Assembly (NCBI RefSeq): GCF_001194135.2
Contig: NC_068993.1
Coordinates: 17,968,840-18,015,575 of the forward strand
DNA: 46,736 bases
Source: Octopus bimaculoides
Taxonomy: Eukaryota
Direction of reading: 5' to 3'
In this document: one piece after another, positions 11,233 to 22,112 of the stretch
Layout of the letters: each line of letters opens with the position of its first letter
How positions within the stretch are numbered: position 1 is the stretch's first letter
Translations under genes and position numbers: made by a program
The notes under the pieces: model-generated
What the model saw: the letters and a program-made list of their open reading frames with translations, nothing else
What the model was told of the DNA's origin: nothing
Databases searched by the model: none

Positions 11233-11446
11233 GTGACTGGCCCTCGTGCCGGTGGCACGTAAAAGCACCCACTACACTCTCGGAGTGGTTGGTATTAGGA
11301 AGGGCATCCAGCTGTAGAAACCTTGCCAGATCAGATTGGAGCCTGGTGCAGCCTTCTGGCTTGCCAGTCTTCAGTCAAATCGTCCAACCCATGCCAGCAT
11401 GGAAAGCGGACATTAGACGATGATGATGATGATGATGATGATGATG
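11233..11446 (+). mobile_element. 5'-truncated SINE family 4 inserted into the right arm of the fold-back
   Basis: Family 4 body and (GAT)n tail; arm homology resumes directly after the tail (aggccatggtaatatt). Confidence 0.9.
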
Positions 11447-11856
11447 AAGGCCATGGTAATATTTATATATGCTCAAATGTATGGAAGCGTAGTGTTATAT
11501 AAAGTCATTGACTCGAATTTGATGTTTGTTCTCTAAGCAATGTTCTCTAATCAATGTTATTATATATGTATAATTTGAATAATAAGGGTAAAAAATTGAA
11601 TATTAATTTGGTTAATATCAATTTAAAATCAGTGTCCTAGCAAATAGAAAAATATGAAGATTCAGAAAAATTTATGTATGTAATATATATATATATAAAA
11701 TAATATATAATTATTTTAATAATTATTTTATTTTTCTGTCAAATTTATATTAATTTCATTTCGTTTATTATATTCACTGTTTCTAAGTGATAATTCTGAA
11801 ACGTTATTATTCAGTTTATGAATTAAAAATATCAAATGTATCAACTTTTCTTCCAG

Positions 11857-11984
11857 TCCTTAATACCATGTCCAACTGAGTACCAAAAAAATTGTACAGA
11901 ACTGAAAGCTTTTAAACCTGCTGCTAAGCCTTTTGGTTTTGGCTCCGAGAGGAATTTAAATCACTCTAAACCAAGCTACCTCAG
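11857..11984 (+). CDS. PIFO: Pitchfork/CIMAP3-like gene, coding exon 4 (SLIPCPTEYQKNCTELKAFKPAAKPFGFGSERNLNHSKPSYL)
   Basis: cttttcttccag| acceptor, CAG|gtactt donor; 128 nt phase 0 to 2; P.P..YQ ... KPF....R repeat typical of this family. Confidence 0.85.
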
Positions 11985-12211
11985 GTACTTCAGTTTTACT
12001 GATTTTACTGTTTCATGGAGGTTCTCAGAGCTAACTGTGGGCTCATGCCACCTTTATTCAGCCATTCCTATCCCACTTGTCTTCCTTTTTCTCATAACAT
12101 TTATCGTATCCCGCCCCTCTCTCACGAAACTCAGTACTTCCTCCCCAGATCATCTTGCCTTCTTGAACACTCTTGCTATTCATTTCTTTCTTGCCAGTGT
12201 TGATTTGTGAT

Positions 12212-12520
12212 GGGAGGCGCAATGGCCCAGTGGTTAGGGCAGCGGACTCGCGTTCATAGGATCGCGGTTTCGATTCCCAGACCGGGCGTTGAGAGTGTTT
12301 ATTGAGCGAAAACACCTAAAAGCTCTACGTGGCTCCGGCAGGGGATGGTGGCAAACCCTGCTGTACTCTTTCACCACAACTTTCTCTCACTCTTACTTCC
12401 TGTTTTTGTTGTACCTGTAATTCAAAGGGTCAGCCTTGTCACACTGTGTCACGCTGAATATCCTCGAGAACTACGTTAAGGGTACACGTGGCTGTGGAGT
12501 GCTCAGCCACTTGCACGTTA
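12212..12520 (+). mobile_element. tRNA-derived SINE family 1 (cut by gap)
   Basis: Near-identical to 6776-7085. Confidence 0.9.
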
Positions 12521-12931
12521 NNNNNNNNNNNNNNNNNNNNNNNNNNNNNNNNNNNNNNNNNNNNNNNNNNNNNNNNNNNNNNNNNNNNNNNNNNNNNNNN
12601 NNNNNNNNNNNNNNNNNNNNNNNNNNNNNNNNNNNNNNNNNNNNNNNNNNNNNNNNNNNNNNNNNNNNNNNNNNNNNNNNNNNNNNNNNNNNNNNNNNNN
12701 NNNNNNNNNNNNNNNNNNNNNNNNNNNNNNNNNNNNNNNNNNNNNNNNNNNNNNNNNNNNNNNNNNNNNNNNNNNNNNNNNNNNNNNNNNNNNNNNNNNN
12801 NNNNNNNNNNNNNNNNNNNNNNNNNNNNNNNNNNNNNNNNNNNNNNNNNNNNNNNNNNNNNNNNNNNNNNNNNNNNNNNNNNNNNNNNNNNNNNNNNNNN
12901 NNNNNNNNNNNTATATATATATATATTTATA

Positions 12932-13578
12932 CAGGGGGTGCGATGTAAATTGTCGCCATTTTATATTTTTAATTTCGCACATGTGCATTGTTTCTTTATG
13001 ATTTCGTTGTCTACACAGTATAGTAGGGTTAGTTGGGCACCATCTGTAAGAAAAACAGTACCATGATGCAATTCACTCTGCCAGAAATTTGGAAACGACA
13101 TGACATGCTGTACTGCTTAGCATTCACGTTGGAGGCTCCAGTACGAACATTTCAGAGTGTTTGGATGTCAGTCTGAGGACAATGCAAACTGAGGACATGT
13201 ACCGAGAGTGATAAAAATCAAACATCCAGTCAAAATCATGGTGTTTGGAATGATCACTAGTGATGGTGACATTATGCCTCCATTCATCTTCTCACATGGC
13301 CTCAAACTCAACACAGAGGCCTACATCAAGTGCCTGGAAGAGGTAGTGCTGCCCTGGGTCAAGAGGGTGGCTGCTGGAAGACCTTGTGTCTAGCAACAGG
13401 ACTCTGCACCATGACACACAAACAGGAGAACCCAGTAATGGCTGTCAGTTAATTTCTGCAACCACATACTCCTAACATCAGGCCACCTAACTCTCAAGAC
13501 TGTAACCCCCTTGATTATTATGTGTGGAGCACAGTTGAGCGAGACACCAACAAAGCTCCTTGTAATACCAAAGATAAA
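12932..13578 (+). mobile_element. Decayed Tc1/mariner transposon, maT/DD37D-like
   Basis: TA|CAGGGGGTGCG left end; transposase remnant KHPVKIMVFGMITSDGDIMPPFIF..QQDSAP..PPNSQDCNPLDYYVW with 37 residues between second and third Asp after restoring a 1-nt frameshift; stops present; right end replaced by a SINE. Confidence 0.85.
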
Positions 13579-13878
13579 CTCTTGGAGTGGTTGGCGCTAG
13601 GAAAGGCATCCAGCTGTAGAAACCTTGATAGATCACATTGGAGCATGGTGCAGCCTCCTGGCTTGCCAGTCCCCAGTCAAACCATCTAACCCATGCCAGC
13701 ATGGAAAAGGACATTAAACGATGATGATGATGATGATGATGATGAAATCCATTCACAAAGCTTTGGTTGGCCCAGGGCAATAATAGTAGAAACTTGCCCA
13801 AGGTGCCATAGAGTGGGACTGAACTGAACCCCAAACCATGTTGTTGGGAAGCAGACTTAACCACACAGCCATACCTGC
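13579..13878. mobile_element. SINE family 4 3' part (+) joined tail-on to a SINE family 2 5' part (-)
   Basis: ggagtggttggcg..aaacgatgatgat followed by aaatccattcacaaagctttggttggccc..ccacacagcca. Confidence 0.75.
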
Positions 13879-13977
13879 AACCAGTAAGCTAAACAAGGAA
13901 ACAAAACCATCTGGAAGTAGTTGTGTGGTAACAGGTTTAAAAAGTTCAGTATATAGAGTTTTAAGATATTTTGCATT

Positions 13978-14026
13978 TTGTCTGGGATGGTGTCAGGGTT
14001 AGTAACCCTGACACCACCCCAGACAA
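13978..14026. repeat. 49-bp palindrome (24-bp arms, 1-nt spacer, 1 mismatch)
   Basis: ttgtctgggatggtgtcagggtta-g-taaccctgacaccaccccagacaa. Confidence 0.9.
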
Positions 14027-14107
14027 CCTCATGAACAGGCTATTTCCTCTCTGTTAACTTTCTGTTGTTTCTATAAGGGCCTTACCTGTGTATATCTTGT
14101 ATGTTTT

Positions 14108-14339
14108 TTTTTACTTGTTTCAATCATTAGACTGTGGCCATGTTGGGGCACTGTCTTGAAGAACTTTAGTTGAATGAATTGATCCCAGTGCTTATTTTTT
14201 TTTAAAGCCTGCTACTTATTCTATTGATCTCTCTTGCCAAACTGCTAGGTTACAGAGACGTAAACACAGCAACACCAGTTGTCAAGTAGTGGTGGGGGAC
14301 AAACACAGACACAAAGACATACACACATGCACACATGTA

Positions 14340-14391
<52 letters not shown>

Positions 14392-14573
14392 ACACTGACA
14401 TATATATATAAAATGGGCTTCTTTTAGTTTCCATCTACCAAATCCACTCACAAGGCTTTGATTAGCCTGAGGCAACAGTAGAAGACACTTGCCCAAGGTG
14501 CTGCACAATGGGACTGAACCTGGAATCATGTGGTTGGAAGGCAAACTTTTTACCACACAGCCACACCTGTGCC
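14108..14573 (-). mobile_element. tRNA-derived SINE family 2, full-length with expanded (CA)n
   Basis: Collinear with the 8803-9226 copy. Confidence 0.85.
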
Positions 14574-14590
14574 TATGTTTTCTATCTTAA

Positions 14591-14810
14591 CCCTTTCGTT
14601 ACTGTATTTATTTTGAGATGCTCTCTGTTTCTTTCAATTACTTTAAATATAACAAAGAATTTAGTAAAATAACTTAGTTATCATTCAGCTAGTCTTAGGA
14701 ACATAAATTGTGACTAAGGTTTAGTGGAAGATTTTAATTCAAAACTTATGAAAACAAGACATTTGTACTCAGAGCCAGAGCCGATTTCAGCCAGGTTAGT
14801 AACAAAAGAG
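14591..14810. mobile_element. TTAA-flanked piggyBac-like MITE, family B
   Basis: ttaa|ccctttcgttact ... agtaacaaaagag|ttaa; related copy at 35249-35794. Confidence 0.75.
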
Positions 14811-15000
14811 TTAACATGACCGCAGCCACTTGGCTGAAACACATAAATAAAAATTGTAAAATAAGTCTGCTAAATCAGAGCCAAAACTGAAGCCAAACAT
14901 TAGCAACAACAAAAACAATAACTTTCAAAATAAAGAAAAATATTTCACTGTAAACTTGGTAAATGCCATGCTTATTTCGGTAAATTCCAAATTCTTTCAG

Positions 15001-15127
15001 TCCCACCACATATAATATTGATACTGTTAGGAACAGAAAAGTTTCACATCATCAGTCATTTGGGAAAGCACCAATATTTTTGCCAGAAATAACTATTAAG
15101 AGTACCATACCCCAGAATACAGACAAG
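15001..15127 (+). CDS. PIFO: Pitchfork/CIMAP3-like gene, coding exon 5 (PTTYNIDTVRNRKVSHHQSFGKAPIFLPEITIKSTIPQNTDK)
   Basis: attctttcag| acceptor, AAG|gtaagg donor; 127 nt phase 2 to 0 (AG|T = Ser); fully open. Confidence 0.85.
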
Positions 15128-15156
15128 GTAAGGTACTTTATTCTTTTTCTTCTTCA

Positions 15157-15376
15157 CCCTTTAGCATTCAGATTATTCTGTAAACTGTAATGTTTATTTA
15201 TTCACATTGTTTTGAACTAATCATGCATTATCTCATAGTTTCAATATTTGAATAATGTGATTGCTTATTTTTACAATGACATTGTAGTGTAGGTGTGAAA
15301 TGCCAGATCTGGCTGCTTTTAACATAAATCAAGTAGAATATTTGGGCCAAATATGGCCTGTTTAAATGCTAAAGGG
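15157..15376 (-). mobile_element. TTAA-type piggyBac-like MITE, family A
   Basis: ccctttagcat ... atgctaaaggg|ttaa termini; reverse orientation relative to 21781, 22113, 33528, 34694. Confidence 0.8.
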
Positions 15377-15749
15377 TTAAGCCCTTCATAGACTGTTCAT
15401 GACTTTTCTTCAATGTTCACACATTCACACTTTAAGGACTTTTAACTTAGTAGGATTGCATATATATTGAGTGGATGATCTCCACTTCCACACATTCACA
15501 CACATTTCTGCACACAGCCTTTGTTTAACACTTCATATTCTTTCTTTTCTTTATCGTTTATAAAATTGTTATAATGTATTTTGAACTCTTTATCCTTCAC
15601 TTTGATGAAACAATATCAATATGAAGTAGTTGTATGCTGTCAACTTAATGTGACAGTCTCCTGAAAGGAATAATACTACAGTTGGTTAGACCTAGGAAGC
15701 TGCACCGCTTCCTGTCGGCCTTGACACATTTCCTGTGTCCTTATGTTTA

Positions 15750-15816
15750 CAAGGGGGAGACAAGCACCTCCACCCAGCTAAGCCTTTGCTGGCTGGAGGT
15801 GCTTGTCTCCCCCTTG
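15750..15816. mobile_element. 67-bp hairpin mini-MITE with TA duplication (mariner-type)
   Basis: TA|caagggggagacaagcacctcca ... tggaggtgcttgtctcccccttg|TA; perfect 26-bp inverted repeat 15747-15772 / 15794-15819. Confidence 0.65.
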
Positions 15817-16117
15817 TAATGGCTGAGATGTGTTCAGCATCATTCGAGTTTTTCTCCCTAATAATATATTGATTGTTTATATCATTATCACCATCATTTT
15901 AATGTCTACTTTTTCCTGCTTGCAAGCGTCAGACAGAGTCCATCGAGCCAAATTTTTTAGGGTCAGATGCTCTTCCCGTCACCTACCCTTAGCCTATTCC
16001 TACCTCATGGCTGGACATGTTTTTGCTGCTATTGAAAATGAAAGACATTTGGTTACAACAATCACACAATGTCAATTTAAGGAGATACAACTATACACAT
16101 ATGCACACACATACTAT

Positions 16118-16279
16118 GATGGGCTTCTTTCAGTTTCCATGTATCAAATCTATTCACAAGGCTTTGGTCATCCAAGGGCTATAGTAGAAAGCCCTTGCCC
16201 GATAGGACTTGAATTTGAACCCATGTAATTGGGAAGCAAACCTCTTAACCACATAGCCATGCCTGCACTTACCACAAAA

Positions 16280-16318
<39 letters not shown>

Positions 16319-16628
16319 TATAATAACGATGGTGATGATGATGGATTCTCCTGTCAAAGACAACATATGAGTGTTCAGCTCTTCCCTAATAACCTGCACA
16401 AATGATTTCTTTATAGTGATCAAATGTATGTACTGTACATTAGATCACTATTTCCATCAAACTGACATTGTCTGAACAGATGTATGGTGGACCACAAGAG
16501 AGGGCTCAAGGTTATTGCAGAGCAATGTGAAATGAAGTGTTTTGCTCAAGAATATAATGCACAACCCTGCCTTGGAATTGAAACCACGATCTCACAATCA
16601 TAAGTACAAAACCCTAACCACTAGGCCA
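16118..16628 (-). mobile_element. SINE family 2 5' part, (AAT)n tract and degenerate SINE family 5
   Basis: gggcttctttcagtttcc..cacatagccatgcctgc; then gtgaaatgaagtgttttgctcaaga..ccctaaccactaggccatg. Confidence 0.6.
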
Positions 16629-16721
16629 TGATAATAATAATAATAATTTATTTTTCTAAAGATGATGATGATGAAGATGATATCTGATTCGATTAATATT
16701 TATAACCATTTATTCTTATAG

Positions 16722-16787
16722 CTATATACAACAAGTGAAGAACAGAAGCATCACCAAAAATTGGCTTACTTAAAACTTTATTGGTAA
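16722..16787 (+). CDS. PIFO: Pitchfork/CIMAP3-like gene, last coding exon (LYTTSEEQKHHQKLAYLKLYW-stop)
   Basis: tattcttatag| acceptor, phase 0, TAA at 16785-16787; the C-terminal AYL.LY[YW] motif is the recalled Pitchfork signature. Total CDS 618 nt. Confidence 0.85.
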   Translation, partial: LYTTSEEQKHHQKLAYLKLYW

Positions 16788-16878
16788 CCTCCAGTTTTTA
16801 ACAAGATAAGGCTCACTTTTGTTTTCATTGCTGCATTATCTTTTCATCAGCGATTTTTTTTTTTCATGTTTCTTAAAA

Positions 16879-16884
16879 AATAAA
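16879..16884 (+). terminator. Candidate polyadenylation signal of the PIFO-like gene
   Basis: AATAAA about 90 nt after the stop codon; other AT-rich candidates exist further on. Confidence 0.4.
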
Positions 16885-17962
16885 TAGCATTTTAAATTAC
16901 TTAAGTCTGTGTCGTTTTGAATATAATATGTCTTCTCATCATCAATAATTCAGTGATGTATTTTGATAAACTGCTTTACTTTTGCATACTCTTATCCAAC
17001 CACTTCATCACTATTGTTAACTATTTTCCTCAAGATCATAATCTTCATTGATTTTATTATGTCTAGTTTTCCTATAATAGCTTAGGTTGGACTGGTGTGC
17101 AGTCCAGCAACGTTACATACATTTCAGCGTTACATTATCTTTCCTGTGATATCTAAAATATTCTTTTTTCTGTTCTAACTTTTCATTTATTATGCATTTT
17201 CTATTGGCTTTTGATACAATTTAAGATCTTTGTCTTTTTTTTTTTAACTGTTGTCAGCACTTAATCTCTTTGAAAAATATATTGATTTCTTTTAGTTCAA
17301 CAATAAGTTTGTAGCATCATATTAATAGGCATGAATGTATATTTTTGATATTCACACACAGATGACTATAAAATAGTTAAATTAGTTCAATTTAGAAAAA
17401 AAAAGCCCCAGTAAATAAAGGTCCAAACTAGATCCTGTTTTGGTCATCATCATCATAGTGTATTATTTCCAGCCCAAGTGACAATATCATCTTTTCTCAT
17501 TTCCTCATCCTCTGATGAAGGGAAAGGCCTGACATGTTAGGGTCTACATTTTTACAGCAAATAACTGCACCAAACTCTTATCATCATCTTTTATTTTTTT
17601 TATTTGTTTCAGTCATTGACTGTGACCATGATGGAGCACTGTTTGTGATTTAATTTCAGCTGTTCTGTGTAGTGGAAGCATCTGACCATGTACCTTAACT
17701 CTGCATAAACTTATGATGAGTTAGTCAAACTATGTTATATTCCATGTTAGCAGTATTCCTTTGGGACATTTTAAGTTTACCTTTACATCGTTTCCCTGCA
17801 TAAAGCAGCATAAATACTAAGAAAAAGAAGCTTTGCTACATTTCTATTGCCATTCTCTTTGAGCAGGTTTGATAGATTGCCTTGTTGTATTCATTTCAGT
17901 TTTTTGTACTCTTAGTTCAATTCCACCAATATCAACAACCTTTCATTATTTCAGGATAGATA

Positions 17963-18152
17963 AAGGCAGTGAGCAGGCAGAATCATTAGCACTCTGGGCA
18001 AAATGCTTAGCGATATTTTGTCCGTTTTTATGTTCTGAGTTCAAATTCTGATGAGGTTTACTTTACCTTTCAGGGTTAATAAAATTAATACCAGTCGAGT
18101 GCTGGGGCCTCATACCCCAAAATTGCTGACCTTGTGCCAAAATTTGAAACCA
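17963..18152 (+). mobile_element. SINE family 3
   Basis: aaggcagtgagc.ggcagaatcattagc..ttctgagttcaaattctg..ccttgtgccaaaatttgaaac. Confidence 0.75.
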
Positions 18153-18244
18153 TTATTTCAGGATTTATAATTAAAGTACTTGTCTGCCTCCTCCTTTTCC
18201 TTCGTCTCTGGAAGAAATTGGCAGTTTTCTTTTTTTTTTTATGG

Positions 18245-18760
18245 CTGGGTTTGAACCAGAGCCCACACTGTCACACTTCCTGGTCCATCATCACTGCCTT
18301 GAGGTCCTGGATACATTCCAGGCCAGTGTCTGTGATCAAGTTGTTGAAGTGTGACATTGTTTTCCTTTTTTTACATCACCATGAAGTGGATTCCACAAGA
18401 CTAATTTGGATGCTTCCAGTTCAGAGTTGCACATGCAGTGACCAGATAGTCACAGCTGTCTGCCTGATTTTCTTGCTAACTCTTGGCAGGTCTCCATAAA
18501 GGCATTCTTTTGTTATATGTTACTACCATTTCACATTTCAGACCATTTGTAGCATCCTTGGTTTAAAAAATTTCCAAAGCATGTTGTATGTCATCGCAAT
18601 ATTTCCATGAAACCACCAAGAGTCAAGAGCTCAAGGATGGAAGAAAATGTTGATGTAGTTGTCTCTATAACCATGAAGAGTATAAGATGTTTTGGCACTG
18701 CTGTTTTGGTGTTGCCTATCTTGACATCTTTGATGTATCTAACATCATGTTTTAACATTT
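18245..18760 (-). mobile_element. Decayed RTE-type LINE 3' fragment
   Basis: Minus frames give MLQMV.NVKW..HITKECLYGDLPRVSKKIRQ ... NLITDTGLECIQDLKAVMMDQEV. Confidence 0.7.
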
Positions 18761-19081
18761 TTCTCATCTCTCTCCACATCTCTGTCTCTCTTTTTATGCA
18801 TGTAAGCATATTTCTCTATGTGTGTGAGGCGAAGAAAAGTGTTTATGTTGAGTTTTCTCCCCTCTCAGTGCGACACAATGCGTCTGCAGGTACAGGGAAG
18901 AAAACTCGTACGGCGACATGATTCATCTTCAGTATACTAAAAGTTAATGAATTGTAATGTCTCACCCTCTCTGTTTATGTGTATGAGCAAATTTCTCTAT
19001 ATGTGTGTGAGAGGTGGTAAGGTGCTTATGTCAGTCATGTTCAATTAATAAATTGTAATGTCTCTCTTTTGCTTTCCCTAT

Positions 19082-19383
19082 CTCATCATCATCATCATTT
19101 AACGTCCACTTTCCATGCTAGCATGGGTTGGACGATTTGACTGAGGACTGGTGAACCAGATGGATACACCAGGCTCCAATCTGATTTGGCAGAGTTTCTA
19201 CAGCTGGATGCCCTTCCTAACGCCAACCACTCCGAGAATGTAGTGGGTGCTTTTACGTGCCAGCGGCATGAAGGTCAGTCAGGCGGTACTGGCAACGGCC
19301 ATGCTCAAAATGGTGTATTTTATGTGCCACCCACACAAGAGCCAGTCCAGGGGCACTGGCAACGATCTCGCTCGAAAGTCCTT
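19082..19383 (-). mobile_element. SINE family 4
   Basis: (CAT)n then ttaacgtccactttccatgctagcatgggttggacg..ggatgcccttcctaacgccaaccactcc. Confidence 0.85.
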
Positions 19384-20201
19384 NNNNNNNNNNNNNNNNN
19401 NNNNNNNNNNNNNNNNNNNNNNNNNNNNNNNNNNNNNNNNNNNNNNNNNNNNNNNNNNNNNNNNNNNNNNNNNNNNNNNNNNNNNNNNNNNNNNNNNNNN
19501 NNNNNNNNNNNNNNNNNNNNNNNNNNNNNNNNNNNNNNNNNNNNNNNNNNNNNNNNNNNNNNNNNNNNNNNNNNNNNNNNNNNNNNNNNNNNNNNNNNNN
19601 NNNNNNNNNNNNNNNNNNNNNNNNNNNNNNNNNTCAGTGTCCAGTCAACTGTGCCAAATCACCAGTGCAACCAAACAGCCATTTCCTATCATCTCACTCT
19701 GGAGCATGGATGCTGTCTCAGTTCACTTGCACTCAGTCTACTTTCTTGAATTTCACAATAAGTACATTCAATGAATCAATAGTCAAATCAATAAAATATA
19801 CAAACAACTGAACAAATTTAACATGTATAATTTATTTATTTATCATTTATTCAATTCTTTTTTTTATTGAATGTCTAAAGTAATTTATTAACAATAATAA
19901 AATAACAATTTGACACCACCAACAAACTATCCACCTCATACTTGGCAAAAAAAAAAAAAAAATGAGATGAAAGCATCTATGAACATTTTCTTATAGTAAC
20001 TGTGTTTCAACAAATATTTATTTAAATGTCAATTAATTAAATAATCAACTTGTAATTTGTCCCTGTCTTAGTTTGTATGTATATATATATGCATGTGTGC
20101 ACGTATGTATGTATATATTTGTTAGATTATTTGGCAAAATACACTATCACAGATATGTTCAAAATATAACTAAAGTAATAATAATAATAATAATAATATT
20201 A

Positions 20202-20260
<59 letters not shown>

Positions 20261-20263
<3 letters not shown>

Positions 20264-20460
20264 CCTTTCTACTAGAGGCACAAGGCCTGAAATTTTAGGG
20301 GAGGGGTAAGTTGAGTTCATCAGTCCCCAGCATTCAACTGGTACTCATTTCATCGACCCCAAAAAGATGAAAGGCAAAGTTGACCTCAGAGGAATTTAAA
20401 CGCAGAAAATAGAGCCAGAAGAGATGCTGCTATGGATATGCTAATGCTTCTCTCAACTTG
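20261..20460 (-). mobile_element. SINE family 3 with long (AAT)n tail (20177-20262)
   Basis: aatcctttctact..ggcacaaggcctgaaatttt..gatgaaaggcaaagttgacctc. Confidence 0.75.
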
Positions 20461-21780
20461 TCTTTAATAATAATGATAATAGGAGTAATAATAATAATGA
20501 TAATAATAATAATCTTTACATTGGCATGAGGCCTCACATTGAAAGGGAAAAATAAATGACATTGTTTTAGCACTAATGTTTTCCTCCCCAAGGACATTAA
20601 TGATAATATATGTAAAAATATTCTAACTAATTGTAATTGAGTAATGAACCTGGTCCATTAAGAAATTACAGCTGCACTACAGGATCTACCACAATTATAA
20701 GGACTTTTTATTTACAAACAGGCACAAAGCCAATTAGCAATGGGAAAAATCACCCTTTGGAACAAGTATATTAATGGCATTTCAGATCCTAAAGGTATGG
20801 AAAGCAGAATTGGATATGAATTCAGTTATTATACAAAAGAAATTGAATTTTCTAAAGCATTTGTTCCAATAGTCTGTTGTTTAAATGTAAACTCCATTAT
20901 TTTCATAATAATGTTTTGGTAGTTTTTTTTTTGTCTTAGCTCAAGTCATATTTTTTTCTTTTTTTAGGAAGAGGAGTTGGTTAAACATACAAACATACCA
21001 ATACCATTACATACATCTTGTTGGTATATATTTTATTGACCCCCTGAAACATTTAATTCAGATATTGTAAAACAGACAAAACTGTCTCACTATTATAATT
21101 TCGTCCACATCCTATACCCCAAAATAAATAAGGATTCCTCAAATTGCCACAAGGCTGCAAATTTATCAGAAGAGAGAGAGAGAGTTAATTTTGATTGGTG
21201 GATCCTGGTGAGATTGGAACCCAGAACATAAAATTAAATACAAATAGTTCAGGAATTTCCTATTCCTTTTATATTAATATTATCAGTTCCAATAACAGAG
21301 AGCCTCACATTTAAAATGGATGTTCATTTTTATCTTGTTTTTGTATTTGGTTTGGAAGCATATTTTATTGTGTTTGAGGAGAGTCATTCTCTTTTATCAA
21401 AAACAGTAAAAGGAGAAGAGAATTAAAATATTGTAGATGCAGCTCACCAAAAGCTCACATATTACTTTAAAACACATGCCCCACTCTCATATAATATTGG
21501 TTTCTTTTTATTCAGCACAAGATCAGTTTTTGAGGAGAAGAAATATAATCAATTGAATCAGTATCTGTATGTAATACTCATCATCTTTATTAGTCACCAA
21601 AGACATAAAACCTAGCAAGATATTAATTCATAATATAGAGATAAGCCGTAGTCAAGCACTTGGTTGTTTCTGTCACTATATTGCCCTCACAAAGTCATTA
21701 CTTTATTTTTATAGAAAGAGAATTTCAAATTTATAGAGACAAGGGAGTATATGAAATCATAACGTTCACATTTTCTTTAA

Positions 21781-21998
21781 CATTTTAGCATTTAAACTGA
21801 CCATATCTAGCCAAAATATTCTACTGGCTTTATGTTCAGACTGGCCAGATCTGGCTTCTTACACTTACCCTTCAATATTATTCTAAAAATAAACACTCAC
21901 GCCATTGAAATCTCAAAGTTACAAGGTAATGCATGATTAATTCAAATCGATGTGAATAAATAAACATTAAACTTGACATAATAATCTGAATGCTAAAG
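21781..21998 (+). mobile_element. piggyBac-like MITE family A
   Basis: ttaa|cattttagcatttaaactg ... atctgaatgctaaag; collinear with 33528 and 34694. Confidence 0.75.
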
Positions 21999-22112
21999 AA
22001 AGACTTAAAGCTATGGAGGTGAAAATAACTGAAATGGAGTTGAGCCAAAAATCAAAACCAATTTCTGGAAATAACGTTCTGTGCTACAGTAAGTTGGCAC
22101 TAAATCCTTTAA

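Larger units (their letters stand above)
10537..11558. repeat. Long fold-back: ~300-bp inverted arms (10537-10839 vs 11029-11232 plus 11447-11558) around a 189-bp loop
   Basis: Left arm aacattgattagagaac..ccatggcc..aaaggaatacatatataaaagcacag..aaaatagtt is the reverse complement of the right arm at high identity; the right arm is interrupted by a SINE. Confidence 0.9.

Noticed and set aside
16413-16451. Imperfect 39-nt hairpin atagtgatc..gatcactat
   Set aside because: Inside a degenerate SINE family 5 copy; probably a local fold-back of repeat sequence.
17508-17542. Hammerhead-like TCCT-CTGATGA-AGG..CCT-GAC-ATGTT-AGGG
   Set aside because: Stems fit but the essential GAAA is reduced to GA; at best a dead relic and possibly chance.
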